A DNA stretch of 64,000 nucleotides, taken from the NCBI GenBank assembly GCA_965241395.1, contig CBDEOC010000059.1:5198-69197 (forward strand). Reading direction: 5' to 3'. Below are positions 54,398 to 64,000 of this stretch, in pieces; position 1 is the stretch's first letter; each line of letters starts with the position of its first letter. Source of the DNA: an uncultured Candidatus Saccharibacteria bacterium. Lineage in GTDB: Bacteria > Patescibacteriota > Saccharimonadia > Saccharimonadales > Saccharimonadaceae. The notes below the pieces were generated by a model, which saw nothing but the letters and a program-made list of their open reading frames with translations, did not search any database and was not told where the DNA came from. The position numbers and the translations under genes were made by a program.

Positions 54398-54528
54398 CTC
54401 GCCTTGACGAAATAAGCTTTCGATTACGCTAATGCTTGACAAATGCGGGGGGGGGTGTTACAGTGGACACCATCAGGTTGCATGTGAGACCAGCTCACAT
54501 GGCCTGCGATCCCTAAGGAGGGATGATC
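54398..54528 (+). promoter_or_regulatory. Cassette promoter and leader, copy 2 (G9 spacer variant)
   Basis: TTGACA (54436-54441), a 17-nt spacer containing G9 (54447-54455), then TGtTACAGT (-10 at 54459-54464). The leader hairpin and SD are the same as in copy 1. Confidence 0.6.
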
Positions 54529-55077
54529 ATGAGTAAAATCATGACCAAAGCGTCGGAAATTATCCTTTCTGGTCGTTATGACCGAGAGGGATGCCGTACC
54601 CGGGTAGTGATACCCAGGTACAAGCTCGGTCAGTGCGTGAACATAACGCACTGGCCGGAGCAGTCCCGGGAGTGCCTGGAGAAGGCTCTCCCCGGTCATC
54701 CCAATCTCGTCGACCTGGTCGACGGGATTGTCGGACGGCCTGGACTGTCCGAAGGGGTGAAACTTGGGAATACTTCCGAGTTTTACCCTGAGCTGCGCCT
54801 GGTCGCATATAGCCAGACGCAGTTCGTCGTAGAGTTGAGGTACCTCATCTCTGCAATCTACGAGCATTCTCGCCATTTGGCGAGAATGCTTGATCGGTTT
54901 TACCCGTTATGGGTTAAACCAAGAGAGGAGGATATTTCCTCCGACCTTGCCACCATTACGGTGGCTGAGGTTGGGTGCAAGGGGGATCGCCCTATTTGGG
55001 TGACCATTCCTTGTAGTTGGGAGGATATGTCTCCCAACGGAAGAGGGCTGGTGACGCCTGCCGGCGTTGCTGGGTAA
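54529..55077 (+). CDS. Hypothetical 182-aa protein (cassette ORF2), visibly GC-richer than its neighbours
   Basis: The ATG at 54529 has the same 6-nt spacing from GGAGGG as ORF1 (the track start at 54523 abuts the SD). It has its own terminator. I recognise no motif. Confidence 0.5.
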   Translation: MSKIMTKASEIILSGRYDREGCRTRVVIPRYKLGQCVNITHWPEQSRECLEKALPGHPNLVDLVDGIVGRPGLSEGVKLGNTSEFYPELRLVAYSQTQFVVELRYLISAIYEHSRHLARMLDRFYPLWVKPREEDISSDLATITVAEVGCKGDRPIWVTIPCSWEDMSPNGRGLVTPAGVAG

Positions 55078-55102
55078 TCCCTGCTCTACTCTTCCTCTCC
55101 TC

Positions 55103-55140
55103 GCCCCTTGCTTCCGAGTAAGGGGCATTTTCTTTTTATC
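55103..55140 (+). terminator. Rho-independent terminator of cassette 2
   Basis: GCCCCTTGCT-tccg-AGTAAGGGGC followed by ATTTTCTTTTT. Confidence 0.75.
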
Positions 55141-55179
55141 ATGTTATCTTTACGTTAGAACTGCTAAAAGTAATATGCC

Positions 55180-55221
55180 AGGGTAGCTCGGTAGCCTTGT
55201 TTATGAGCTAACGGTCACTAG
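55180..55221. repeat. Degenerate copy Z of the TTATG(G/A)GCTAACG motif family
   Basis: CAGGGTAGCTCGGTAGCCTTGTTTATGAGCTAACGGTCACTAG, compared with copy Y CAGGGTAACCGTGGCTTATGGGCTAACGACTAG. Confidence 0.35.
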
Positions 55222-55269
55222 GGCTGACTAGTGACAAATCAGGTAAAATATGCTAGGATACCCGAGATA

Positions 55270-58080
55270 ATGACAGAGGTGATACGTATCCAGGGTGCTA
55301 GAGTCCACAACCTGAAGGACATCAGTGTGGATATTCCTCGTGATCGGCTGGTGGTGATCACCGGACTGTCGGGTTCGGGCAAATCCTCACTAGCCTTCGA
55401 CACCCTCTACGCCGAGGGGCAGCGGCGTTACGTCGAATCGCTATCGTCTTACGCCCGGATGTTCCTGGGTCAGATGGAGAAGCCTGATGTGGATAAGATT
55501 GACGGGCTTAGTCCAGCGATCTCGATTGATCAGAAATCAACTAGCCGTAACCCTCGCTCGACGGTGGCAACCGTGACCGAGATATACGACTATCTGCGCT
55601 TGCTTTTTGCCAGGCTAGGTACCCCGCATTGTCCGATCTGCGGCAAGGAGGTGTACAAGCGGACTCCTCAAGCGATCATTAACGAGATCATGCAGCTGAA
55701 GGATCGACGGGTCTACATCTGCGCACCGATCGCCAAGCAGAAGAAGGGTGAGTTCGCTCATGTGCCGGAGCAGTATATGGCCCGAGGCTATGCTCGGGCT
55801 CGAGTAGACGGCATCGTCTATGCTCTAGACGAGTGGCCGGATATCGACAAGAAGTTCAAGCACGATATCGAGCTGGTGGTTGATCGTCTGGTCATTACCG
55901 AGCAAGATCTATCCAGGATATCCGGTAGTATCGAGCAGGCCCTGACTATCAGTGGTGGAATAGTCGAGGTGATCGATGCCGATAGCAACGAGCTAATGAC
56001 CTACTCAGAGCGCTATGCCTGTCCTGACCATCCCGACGAGCCAATCCCCGAGCTGGAGCCAAGGCTCTTCTCCTTTAACTCGCCTTTTGGAGCTTGTCCA
56101 ACTTGTTCGGGACTGGGTAGTCGAATGGTGGTCGATCCGGAATTAGTACTAAATGATCGTCTGACCATCATGGAGGGCGCCATCCGACCGTTCAACCGGA
56201 TTAACGTCGAAGCCTGGTGGATGAAGAAGCTGGCTAGTGTGGCGAAGGTACACGGCTTTGACCTGCGTACTCCGGTCAGTGAACTGGATGCTCAGACTCG
56301 TCGACTCCTACTGTATGGTACAGGCGACCAAGTCTATCCAGTTAGACTAGGTAGACGGACGATTCAGACGACTTACGAGGGAGTGATCCCTAATCTAGAA
56401 CGCCGCTGGCGAGAGACTGATAGTGATTTCATGCGGCGGAATATTGAGCGATTTATGCGAGAGCGAGAGTGTATGGACTGCCACGGCGCTCGGCTCAAGC
56501 CTGTAGTGCAGGCGATCACAGTACACGACTTATCTATCGTCGATATCTGTAACCTGTCGATTGACGACGCCCGTGATATCTTCAGTAAGATTGACTGGAC
56601 GGAGCGAGAGAAGCTGATCGGTAAGCAGATTTTTAAGGAGATCAACTCTCGTCTGGACTTCTTAAGAGATGTCGGACTGAATTACCTGGAGTTGGGACGC
56701 TCGGCTAATACGCTATCGGGTGGTGAAGCGCAGCGAATCCGCCTGGCAACGCAGATCGGTAGCGGACTGAGAGGCGTGCTCTATGTCTTGGATGAGCCTA
56801 GTATCGGCTTGCACCAACGAGATAATGACCGATTGATTGCCACCTTGAAGCACCTACGTGACCTTGGCAATACGGTGGTAGTGGTGGAGCACGATGAAGA
56901 TACGATTCGCTCAGCCGACTATCTGATAGATGTTGGGCCGGGTGCCGGGGTGCACGGTGGTGAGATTGTAGCGGCCGGCACGCCTGCCGAGGTGGCGGCC
57001 ACCCCCGACTCACTTACCGGCCGTTTTCTCTGTGGCGAGGAAAAGATTGCCGTGCCGGCTAAGCGTCGACCGGTCGATAAGGGCCGTCTGCTGACGGTAG
57101 TAGGGGCTAGAGAGCATAATCTAAAGAATATCGATGTGTCTTTTCCACTGGGGCTTCTGACAGTAGTGTCAGGAGTGTCGGGTTCGGGTAAATCGACCTT
57201 GATTAACGATATCTTAGGCCAAGAACTGCTGGCTAGGCTAAACCGAGCTCAGGCAGTGTCAGGAGCGCACCAGCGAATTGATGGCATAGAACAGCTAGAC
57301 AAGGTGATCGTGATCGACCAGAGTCCGATTGGTCGGACACCAAGGTCAAATGCTGCTACTTATACCGGCGTCTTCACTCATATTCGAGACTTATTTGCGG
57401 CAACACCTGAGGCAAACATCAGAGGCTACAAAGCGGGGCGGTTTAGCTTCAATGTTAAGGGTGGACGCTGCGAGCACTGTCAGGGCGATGGTGTGATCAA
57501 GGTGGAGATGCATTTTCTGCCCGATGTTTATGTTACCTGCGATGAATGCCATGGTGCCAGGTATAATCAGGAGGCGTTGGAGATTAAATGGCACGACAAG
57601 AATATTAGCCAAGTACTCCGGATGACTGTCGATGAAGCGGTGCAATTCTTTGACTCTATTCCGAAGATAGCAAACAAGCTGAAGACATTGCAGGAGGTGG
57701 GATTAGGCTATATTAAGATTGGACAGCCTGCTACTACACTGTCAGGCGGTGAAGCGCAACGAGTCAAGCTGGCGACCGAGCTAAGTCGTCGTGCCACCGG
57801 TCGGACATTCTATATCTTAGATGAGCCGACTACGGGCTTACACTCGGCGGATGTGCGCTGCTTACTAGGGGTGATGCAACGGCTAGTTGATACCGGCAAC
57901 ACTATGGTGGTGATCGAGCACAACCTTGACGTGATCAAATCTGCCGATTACATCATTGACATGGGACCAAATGGTGGCTTGGACGGCGGTCGAGTAGTAG
58001 CCAGTGGTACGCCTGAAGAGGTGGCGAAGAACCAAGCCAGCTTCACCGGACAGTACCTGAAGAAGATGTTGGCTAAGTAG
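55270..58080 (+). CDS. uvrA: Excinuclease ABC subunit A
   Basis: I prefer the start at [16 protein letters not shown]. Two ABC modules ([24 protein letters not shown]), zinc-finger Cys pairs and LSGGEAQR twice. Confidence 0.95.
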   Translation: MTEVIRIQGARVHNLKDISVDIPRDRLVVITGLSGSGKSSLAFDTLYAEGQRRYVESLSSYARMFLGQMEKPDVDKIDGLSPAISIDQKSTSRNPRSTVATVTEIYDYLRLLFARLGTPHCPICGKEVYKRTPQAIINEIMQLKDRRVYICAPIAKQKKGEFAHVPEQYMARGYARARVDGIVYALDEWPDIDKKFKHDIELVVDRLVITEQDLSRISGSIEQALTISGGIVEVIDADSNELMTYSERYACPDHPDEPIPELEPRLFSFNSPFGACPTCSGLGSRMVVDPELVLNDRLTIMEGAIRPFNRINVEAWWMKKLASVAKVHGFDLRTPVSELDAQTRRLLLYGTGDQVYPVRLGRRTIQTTYEGVIPNLERRWRETDSDFMRRNIERFMRERECMDCHGARLKPVVQAITVHDLSIVDICNLSIDDARDIFSKIDWTEREKLIGKQIFKEINSRLDFLRDVGLNYLELGRSANTLSGGEAQRIRLATQIGSGLRGVLYVLDEPSIGLHQRDNDRLIATLKHLRDLGNTVVVVEHDEDTIRSADYLIDVGPGAGVHGGEIVAAGTPAEVAATPDSLTGRFLCGEEKIAVPAKRRPVDKGRLLTVVGAREHNLKNIDVSFPLGLLTVVSGVSGSGKSTLINDILGQELLARLNRAQAVSGAHQRIDGIEQLDKVIVIDQSPIGRTPRSNAATYTGVFTHIRDLFAATPEANIRGYKAGRFSFNVKGGRCEHCQGDGVIKVEMHFLPDVYVTCDECHGARYNQEALEIKWHDKNISQVLRMTVDEAVQFFDSIPKIANKLKTLQEVGLGYIKIGQPATTLSGGEAQRVKLATELSRRATGRTFYILDEPTTGLHSADVRCLLGVMQRLVDTGNTMVVIEHNLDVIKSADYIIDMGPNGGLDGGRVVASGTPEEVAKNQASFTGQYLKKMLAK

Positions 58081-58103
58081 GGCGAGAAGCTTGCCTCGGC
58101 AGA

Positions 58104-59057
58104 CTACTTGGCGGAATGCAGGCTGTCGTATGCTTCAGCTAGGAGTTTGGCGCTATGGTGAAGTTTTCCCTCTTCCTCCTCTGAGATATAGGGGGCGATG
58201 ATCTTGACAATGCCGTGCTGACCGATGACGGCGGGCAGAGACAGGTAGACGTCTTTCAGTCCATACTGACCGGTTAGTTTGACTGACAAGGGCATGATCG
58301 ACTTTTCATCTCGCAGAATAGCCTCGGCTATTCTGCTAGCACTGGCGGCGATGCCGTAGTAGGTAGCTTTTTTACGATTGATGATCTCGTAGGCGGCGTT
58401 ACGAGTGTCGTTAGCCAGATTAATGTAGTCGTAGTCGCCCATTAACCCACCGAAGGCGTCGGACGCCTCGTTGATGTTCATGCCGGCGATATTGACGTTG
58501 CTCCAGGCGACAAACTCGCTGTCGCCGTGTTCGCCTAAGACATAGGCGTGGATATTGCGACTATCGATGCCAAACTTCTTGCTGAGTAAATAGCGCAGGC
58601 GAGCGGAGTCCAGGTTGGTGCCGGAACCGATTACTCGCTCGGCAGGGAAGCCGGTTACTTCCTGAACCACCCGAGTCATCACGTCGACAGGGTTCGATAC
58701 TACTAAAACGACAGCTTTGGGAGAGACCTGCTTAACCTGCTTGGCGACGCCGGTGACGATGGCGGCGTTGCGACCGATCAAATCCATCCTGGTCTCACCG
58801 GGGCGCTGGTTAGTGCCGGCGGTAATGATGACGATATCGGAATCAGCCGATGTTTGGTAATCGCCGGCGTGAATAAGCGACTCCTTAAAGAAGGGTGAGC
58901 CGTGCTCAATATCCATCGCTTCGCCCTCGGCTCGATCATTATCGACATCGACTAAGACGATCTCACTGGCGACTCCCTGTGCCACCATGGTGTAGGTGAT
59001 GGTGCTCCCGACTAAGCCTGCTCCGACGATAGTTGCTTTGATTGCTGTTTGTGCCAT
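58104..59057 (-). CDS. ldh: L-lactate dehydrogenase
   Basis: IVGAGLVGS Rossmann motif, ITAGTNQRPGETRMDL and GEHGDSEF (catalytic His). Confidence 0.85.
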   Translation of the reverse strand: MAQTAIKATIVGAGLVGSTITYTMVAQGVASEIVLVDVDNDRAEGEAMDIEHGSPFFKESLIHAGDYQTSADSDIVIITAGTNQRPGETRMDLIGRNAAIVTGVAKQVKQVSPKAVVLVVSNPVDVMTRVVQEVTGFPAERVIGSGTNLDSARLRYLLSKKFGIDSRNIHAYVLGEHGDSEFVAWSNVNIAGMNINEASDAFGGLMGDYDYINLANDTRNAAYEIINRKKATYYGIAASASRIAEAILRDEKSIMPLSVKLTGQYGLKDVYLSLPAVIGQHGIVKIIAPYISEEEEGKLHHSAKLLAEAYDSLHSAK

Positions 59058-59157
59058 TTGCCACCCTTCTCATATTATTTACTATTAACATAATAGCACT
59101 CTGCTCATAATTTGGGTGGCTAGCGGGAATTATGGTATATTATTGCTAGTTAATCAC

Positions 59158-59233
59158 GGGTCGATAGCTCAGTTGGCAGAGCACGGGCCTTTTAAGCCTG
59201 GTGTCGTGGGTTCGAGCCCCACTCGACCCACCA
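59158..59233 (+). tRNA. tRNA-Lys (TTT), CCA encoded
   Basis: Acceptor GGGTCGA/TCGACCC, anticodon loop CTTTTAA and a T-arm nearly identical to that of tRNA-Lys(CTT) at 20584. Confidence 0.9.
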
Positions 59234-59253
59234 CATCAGAATAAGCTAATGAG

Positions 59254-59284
59254 CCGCTCTTTTAGAAGGGCGGTTTATATTTTA
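59254..59284 (+). terminator. Probable rho-independent terminator after tRNA-Lys(TTT)
   Basis: CCGCTCTT-ttag-AAGGGCGG (one mismatch) followed by TTTATATTTTA. Confidence 0.5.
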
Positions 59285-59376
59285 GCCGGATGTTGCTAAC
59301 TGAACCAGCTATAGCTTCCATGAGTCATCGGTTATGGCTCTGACCACTCCAAGCTTATTGTGACATAATAAGCTTA

Positions 59377-60837
59377 GTGGGCTACTTGAAGGAGAAGACG
59401 CATGTCTCATGGGTGATCACGGCGATCTGCCTAGGTTTCTTGACCGGCGTAGCGGTAGTGCGGTGGTTTCCGGGAATAGACAAGTATGGCTTATGGTTGC
59501 TCGGCTTTGGGACAGTGCTTAGCTTGGTCTCGCTGATTAGCCGCTGGCGACTGATGGTTGTCGTAGCGGTATTGGGCGGTTTAGCCTTGGGGATAGTCAG
59601 GTCAAGTGGGTTGCTAGCCGGTATTGATCGCTATAGCGACCTAGTCGGTGATGAAGTGATAGTACAGGGTACAGTAGCTGATGCCCCGGCGATGAGTAAA
59701 GGGTTGACGACGATCAATCTCGATCAGCCGATATTAACTTTAGGTAGACGCCGGTATGACCTGGGTGGGCGAATCTGGGTATCAATCAAGGGTGGGCAGT
59801 CGACTAAGTTGCTTCGCTACGATCGAGTCAAGCTAAGCGGTACGTTGGACAGCGGTTTCGGGTCTTATGTAGCGACCCTGCCCGGGGCGAGGCTGGTCGA
59901 GGTGGCTCATCCGGCCGGAGCTGATCCGATGGGGCGGATACGGGAGCACTTTGCCGATGGTCTTAAGAAGGTCATGAACCGAGAGAATGCAGATCTGGGC
60001 ATGGGTATCTTGACCGGTCAGAAAGCCAACCTAAACGAGCGAATCAAAAACGCCTTTATGCTGGCGTCACTGACTCACGTACTGGTAGCTAGCGGCTACA
60101 ATCTGACGGTGTTGGTTCGCTTTGCTCGGCGTCTGCTAGCGAAGAGGTCTCGCTTAGTAGCGGTCATTCTATCGGTCACTCTGGTGCTGCTATTCACCCA
60201 GCTGACCGGCCCGTCAGCCAGTATGGATCGAGCGGTACTGGTGTCGATATATAGCTTGCTCCTCTGGTATGTCGGTCGCAAGTCCCACCCGGTGACTTTA
60301 CTGGCTATCGTGGCAACCGTGACGATCATGCTTGACCCTAGCCAGCTGTGGGGCGATGTCAGCTGGTATCTATCTTTCGGTTCATTCGCCGGGGTGATCA
60401 TCTTGGCGCCATTACTTCATGACCTGATCAAGGTCAAGTGGAGCTTGGTGCAGATCCTGCTGGAGACGGTCAGCGCCCAGCTAGTTACTTGGCCGATTAT
60501 AGCTGTGGCGATGGGTAAGGTTTCGCTTGTTGGTCTGGTGACTAATTTGCTGGTATTGCCGATGTTGCCTTTGGCTATGCTAGCTACTTTTGTGGCTGGG
60601 CTAAGTACTTTCTTTTTGCCGCTGGCCGGAGCTAACGTTATTGCCCTGCCGGCTAACGCTCTGCTGGATTGGGTGAAGGCAGTGGCTAGCTGGGGTTCTA
60701 CTCTCCCCGGAGCAGGGCTGGAGTATCGGCTAGAGCTGAGGATGGCGAGTGTATATTATCTGGCAATAGTTGCCGTCATTTTAGTACTAAAACGCTTGAC
60801 TAAGCACAATTTCTACGGTGATAATGTGATAGAATGA
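59377..60837 (+). CDS. comEC: ComEC/Rec2-family DNA uptake channel (no metallo-beta-lactamase domain)
   Basis: Polytopic protein with an N-terminal OB/DUF4131-like region and a Competence-domain pattern (LASLTHVLVASGYNLTVL). The GTG start is 7 nt after TGaCATAAT. Confidence 0.75.
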   Translation: MGYLKEKTHVSWVITAICLGFLTGVAVVRWFPGIDKYGLWLLGFGTVLSLVSLISRWRLMVVVAVLGGLALGIVRSSGLLAGIDRYSDLVGDEVIVQGTVADAPAMSKGLTTINLDQPILTLGRRRYDLGGRIWVSIKGGQSTKLLRYDRVKLSGTLDSGFGSYVATLPGARLVEVAHPAGADPMGRIREHFADGLKKVMNRENADLGMGILTGQKANLNERIKNAFMLASLTHVLVASGYNLTVLVRFARRLLAKRSRLVAVILSVTLVLLFTQLTGPSASMDRAVLVSIYSLLLWYVGRKSHPVTLLAIVATVTIMLDPSQLWGDVSWYLSFGSFAGVIILAPLLHDLIKVKWSLVQILLETVSAQLVTWPIIAVAMGKVSLVGLVTNLLVLPMLPLAMLATFVAGLSTFFLPLAGANVIALPANALLDWVKAVASWGSTLPGAGLEYRLELRMASVYYLAIVAVILVLKRLTKHNFYGDNVIE

Positions 60838-60849
60838 GGCGAGTTAGAT

Positions 60850-62118
60850 ATGATGTGGTTAGTGAGCCTGATTGGCAAGTGTTTGGTCTTTCTATCTCGG
60901 CGCCTGGGTGGCGGTCATGGCTCGGCTTTGCCGGGGCTAGTGGTCGAGAAACTGTCGCCCCACTTTCTCGGGCGATTACTTGCTAAATTGCCGGAGGGTG
61001 TAGTGCTGGTCAGTGGGACTAACGGCAAGACTACCACCACCAAGATCGTTACCGACCTTCTGCGGGCAGACGGCTACCGAGTATTTACGAACCCCAGCGG
61101 GAGCAACTTTGCTCGAGGGGTCATCTCGGCGGCTTTGCCGGTCATGCGCCGTGGGCGACTGGAGGCTGATGTCGCAGTGCTGGAGCTGGACGAAGCTCAT
61201 GCGACCCATTTCGTGGCACAGGTTAAACCACGCTACAGCCTGCTGCTCAATGTACTGAGAGACCAGCTTGACCGCTTCGGTGAGATTGATCAGACGGCTC
61301 GGCTGCTCTCATGCGTAGCCGAACAGACAACTGATGTAGTGGTGTTAAATGCTGATGACCCACGGCTGAGTCAGCTGGGTCAGAGTGATCGGCTGACGGC
61401 TCGACCGGCGTGGTTTGGCGCCAGTGGCGAGGCGAGTCAATTGTACCGTACAGATGAAGAGCTGCATACTAGTCAGCGAGCCAAACGCCCTAAAGGTGCT
61501 GCTGAGAACGTATTAACTCTGGATAGACTAACCGATCGTCGGGCGCAGTACCTGATCGATGGCAAACGATATGCGACCGAGCTGCGACTCTTCGGTATCT
61601 ACAATGCTCTTAACTGTGGAGCCGCCTTGAGCTTAGTGCGAGCAGTCGAGCAAGACCGATTTGATCCGCAGCGAGCAGTCGAGACGCTGGCCAAGATTAA
61701 ACCGGCGTTTGGGCGAGGTGAAGAGCTTAGTCTAGCTAAGGGGACTGTCCGATTAATCCTAGTCAAAAACCCTAGTGGCTTCCAGCTGAGTCTCGACTCA
61801 GCTGAGGCGCAGCCGACTTTGATCGCTATTAACGACCGGTACGCTGATGGCAGAGACGTCTCCTGGCTATGGGACGTAAAGATTGACTCACTAAGGCAAG
61901 ATGAAGTGAGTGTGACGGGCATTCGGGCGTACGATATGGCACTTCGGCTGGAGTATGATCAAGTGGTGCTCAGGTCGGTTGAGCCGGATATTGTCGTGGC
62001 GACTCGATCTTTTCTTGATCAGCTGGAGGGTGACGGACAGATCTTCGCTACTTATACGGCGATGTTAAAGATCAGACAGCTACTCCTAGCTAGGCAGAGT
62101 CGGGAGGAAAAACGATGA
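60850..62118 (+). CDS. murT: Lipid II isoglutaminyl synthase subunit MurT (Mur-ligase family)
   Basis: GTNGKTTT P-loop, a C-terminal DGRDVSWLWDV (DUF1727-type) motif, and pairing with gatD. Confidence 0.85.
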   Translation: MMWLVSLIGKCLVFLSRRLGGGHGSALPGLVVEKLSPHFLGRLLAKLPEGVVLVSGTNGKTTTTKIVTDLLRADGYRVFTNPSGSNFARGVISAALPVMRRGRLEADVAVLELDEAHATHFVAQVKPRYSLLLNVLRDQLDRFGEIDQTARLLSCVAEQTTDVVVLNADDPRLSQLGQSDRLTARPAWFGASGEASQLYRTDEELHTSQRAKRPKGAAENVLTLDRLTDRRAQYLIDGKRYATELRLFGIYNALNCGAALSLVRAVEQDRFDPQRAVETLAKIKPAFGRGEELSLAKGTVRLILVKNPSGFQLSLDSAEAQPTLIAINDRYADGRDVSWLWDVKIDSLRQDEVSVTGIRAYDMALRLEYDQVVLRSVEPDIVVATRSFLDQLEGDGQIFATYTAMLKIRQLLLARQSREEKR

Positions 62119-62876
62119 AACGACGCCAGCTTAACATCGTCCAGCTATACCCCGAGCAGATGAATCTCTACGGTGACTACGGCAATGCCCAGATCATCTG
62201 TCGGCGAGCTGAGCTGTACGGATATCGGGCAAGGTTGGTTAGTTATAATTCGGCACCGGATATGGCTAATCTGGTGAAAGCCGACCTAATCTTGGGTGGC
62301 GGCGGGCAGGACTCGGGGCAGAGGGCAATCCTGAGCGACCTGGTGAAGTTAAAGTCTGAGCTACCGAGTATGATAGAAGCCGGCGTGCCGATGTTGGTTA
62401 TCTGTGGGCTGTATCAGCTGATGGGTCATTATTTTCAGACCGGCGATGGCGATCGGTTGACGGGGTTGGGTATCTTTGATGCTGTCACGGTAGCAGGGCG
62501 GAAGCGATTGATCGGTAACGCAGTAGTCGATGCCGGCGATGAGCTGGGTGTGCTGGTCGGCTATGAAAATCACAGCGGTCGAACCGATCTTGGTAAGGAG
62601 CAGGCTCCGCTAGGGCAAGTAATCAAGGGCTGGGGCAATGACGGCGCTAGTAGGCTCGAAGGAGCAATCAAGCAATCGGCGGTGGGTACATATCTGCATG
62701 GTCCGGTACTGGCCAAGAGCCCTCGTCTGGCTGATTGGCTGCTGGCTAGAGCGAGCTACCGGCGCTACGGTGAGGCGAAGCTTGAGCCGGCTAATGGTCA
62801 TGCCGAGAAGGAGCTGGCTCGTCTGGAGCGACTGTCAGAGCGAGCCCGCCAGATTGCCTTGACCAGACCACAGTAA
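62115..62876 (+). CDS. gatD: Glutamine amidotransferase GatD (CobQ-type), partner of MurT
   Basis: Overlaps murT by 4 nt. It has LYGDYGN, ICGLYQLMG (nucleophile Cys) and GYENHSGRT. Confidence 0.85.
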   Translation: MKRRQLNIVQLYPEQMNLYGDYGNAQIICRRAELYGYRARLVSYNSAPDMANLVKADLILGGGGQDSGQRAILSDLVKLKSELPSMIEAGVPMLVICGLYQLMGHYFQTGDGDRLTGLGIFDAVTVAGRKRLIGNAVVDAGDELGVLVGYENHSGRTDLGKEQAPLGQVIKGWGNDGASRLEGAIKQSAVGTYLHGPVLAKSPRLADWLLARASYRRYGEAKLEPANGHAEKELARLERLSERARQIALTRPQ

Positions 62877-62884
62877 GCCGACGT

Positions 62885-64000
62885 CTAGTTGTGCACCCAG
62901 ACAGGCGTGCCGATTGATGCCCAGTCGTAGACTCGTTTGGCGTCACCGATAAACATGTTGACGCAGCCGTGTGAGATGCCTTGGCGGACGTTGCCGTTAG
63001 CGTAGTTCATCCACCAGGCTTCGTGGAAAGCGTAGCCGGACGATTGCCAGAAAGTAATGTAATGAATGTTACAGAGAGGCTCTTTGGCCGGCGGATTGGG
63101 CATACATTGCTGATATACTTTGTACCAAACTCTGAACAAGCCGGTGATAGTCGGAGTAGAGGGCTTACCCTGAGAAGTCTGATTAGTCGACCAGACTATG
63201 CCATTGCCGGCCCACAGGCGCACTTCATAGGTCGATCGATTGTATTCAATCCAGTGACCGTCTGCTGCTATGTAGGCGTCGGTCTGGAAGGGTGAATCCT
63301 TGGTGGTCATCTCAATTCGTTTACCGGAGCCATCCTTGAGGCCGGCGATGACTTGGTTAGCGATATCGTCGACATTGCTGGCTGTCTGACCGTTGCGCCC
63401 CGGGCGGATTACTTGTAGCACCTGCTTGTTACCATCGGTGATGGCTAGCTGGTTGACCGGTTTGTCACTCAGCTCGCCGGCAACCGTCTCGGTGATGAAC
63501 TTGGAAATCTTATCTTTATCAAAGGCGATATCGTAGCTTGATGTCGTATGATTAGGCTGGAATGATGTCCAGTCGGCAATTGTCCAGGGGTCGATCGTCC
63601 AGAGAGTTCGGTCGCCGTTAAAGATCTGGATTGATTGACCGAGCGACTGATTGATCTTATTAGCGGTCTCCTCGGCTGATTTGTCGCTGATAGTAGGATG
63701 GTCATTGACGGTAGTAATCTGATAACTGGTGATCTGGGGCGCCTTGAGGAGCTTCTCGACTTGACGGTATAGGTCAAGCAGCCGGACTGACTTGCCGACA
63801 GTGCCGGGTTGAACTCGGTAGCGGTTCTGATCCTTATCGTAGACTAGCTGGGCATCTTTAGGGTCAGTGGTTAGCTCGGGGAAGTTGGCATCGACGAAGT
63901 GCTTAACCTTCGTTTTGTCGTACGAGCCGGCCAGGTCGAAATGCTGATTGTTAAATAAGATGCCTAGTGGATTGTCTCGTCCGGTCCGGGCGGCTCTCTC
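62885..64000 (-). CDS. L,D-transpeptidase (YkuD domain) with an N-terminal accessory domain; 5' end lies outside the window
   Basis: The catalytic motif is ISHGCVNM. My hand translation shows this minus-strand frame stays open, with no stop, from 63421 to position 64000 (...YDKDQNRYRVQPGTVGKSV...DKPVNQLAITDGNKQVLQVIRPG...). The 178-aa track ORF is therefore only the 3' part. Confidence 0.8.
   Translation of the reverse strand, partial: ERAARTGRDNPLGILFNNQHFDLAGSYDKTKVKHFVDANFPELTTDPKDAQLVYDKDQNRYRVQPGTVGKSVRLLDLYRQVEKLLKAPQITSYQITTVNDHPTISDKSAEETANKINQSLGQSIQIFNGDRTLWTIDPWTIADWTSFQPNHTTSSYDIAFDKDKISKFITETVAGELSDKPVNQLAITDGNKQVLQVIRPGRNGQTASNVDDIANQVIAGLKDGSGKRIEMTTKDSPFQTDAYIAADGHWIEYNRSTYEVRLWAGNGIVWSTNQTSQGKPSTPTITGLFRVWYKVYQQCMPNPPAKEPLCNIHYITFWQSSGYAFHEAWWMNYANGNVRQGISHGCVNMFIGDAKRVYDWASIGTPVWVHN

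Noticed and set aside
54424-54876. A 150-aa minus-strand ORF, plus two other overlapping ORFs at 54560-54808 and 54591-54791, inside cassette ORF2.
   Set aside because: The plus-strand ORF has the conserved promoter, leader, SD and terminator. The extra open frames are what a locally GC-rich segment would be expected to produce, and they have no start-site signals.
52420-55140. Possible integron-like gene cassettes or a CRISPR-like array, given the repeated sequences.
   Set aside because: The window has no integrase gene and no attC-like imperfect palindromes with the expected structure. The repeats are only two-copy, about 2 kb apart, and contain promoter and terminator signals. There is no regular short repeat-spacer periodicity anywhere in the window.
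63469-63777. A 102-aa Ser/Arg-rich minus-strand ORF.
   Set aside because: It is an off-frame shadow. The adjacent frame continues the L,D-transpeptidase ORF, with sensible sequence and no stop, to the window edge.

Overview
The gene content suggests a chromosomal segment of a small-genome, Gram-positive-type bacterium, probably Patescibacteria/CPR and Saccharibacteria-like. This is inferred from the short tsaB and sufD, nrdDG, L-LDH, MurT/GatD, and the LysM-CHAP and YkuD wall enzymes. The housekeeping backbone is recX-recA, rny, two CAT-anticodon tRNAs, tilS, an ABC/FtsX pair, ftsH-murJ-lepA, sufCBDSU, nrdDG, an AlaRS lacking its editing domain, ftsA, ruvX-mltG, sbcB, dnaE, uvrA, ldh, comEC and murT-gatD. 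Four accessory patches look unusual. (1) 32.4-37.1 kb holds two tandem overlapping pairs of short M16-peptidase-like paralogs, and only one of the four keeps HxxEH. One pair is translationally coupled to the truncated alaS. The other follows a 52-aa basic peptide gene, and a transposase remnant separates the pairs. (2) 15.9-23.9 kb is an AT-richer island with a tRNA-Lys-adjacent operon of an m5C methyltransferase and a GHKL-ATPase/HEPN (RNPLSH) fusion, plus decayed mobile genes. (3) Three intact COG1373/DUF4143 AAA ATPase genes and one remnant are each bracketed or preceded by private repeats, twice as 41-bp direct repeats. (4) 52.4-55.1 kb holds two unrelated ORFs that share an identical promoter, leader and terminator, with a G7 versus G9 tract in the promoter spacer. 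Many core genes appear leaderless (TGnTAnAAT, then 6-9 nt, then the start codon). I saw no rRNA genes, CRISPR array or prophage structural genes. All product calls rest on motif recognition by eye, with no searches run.
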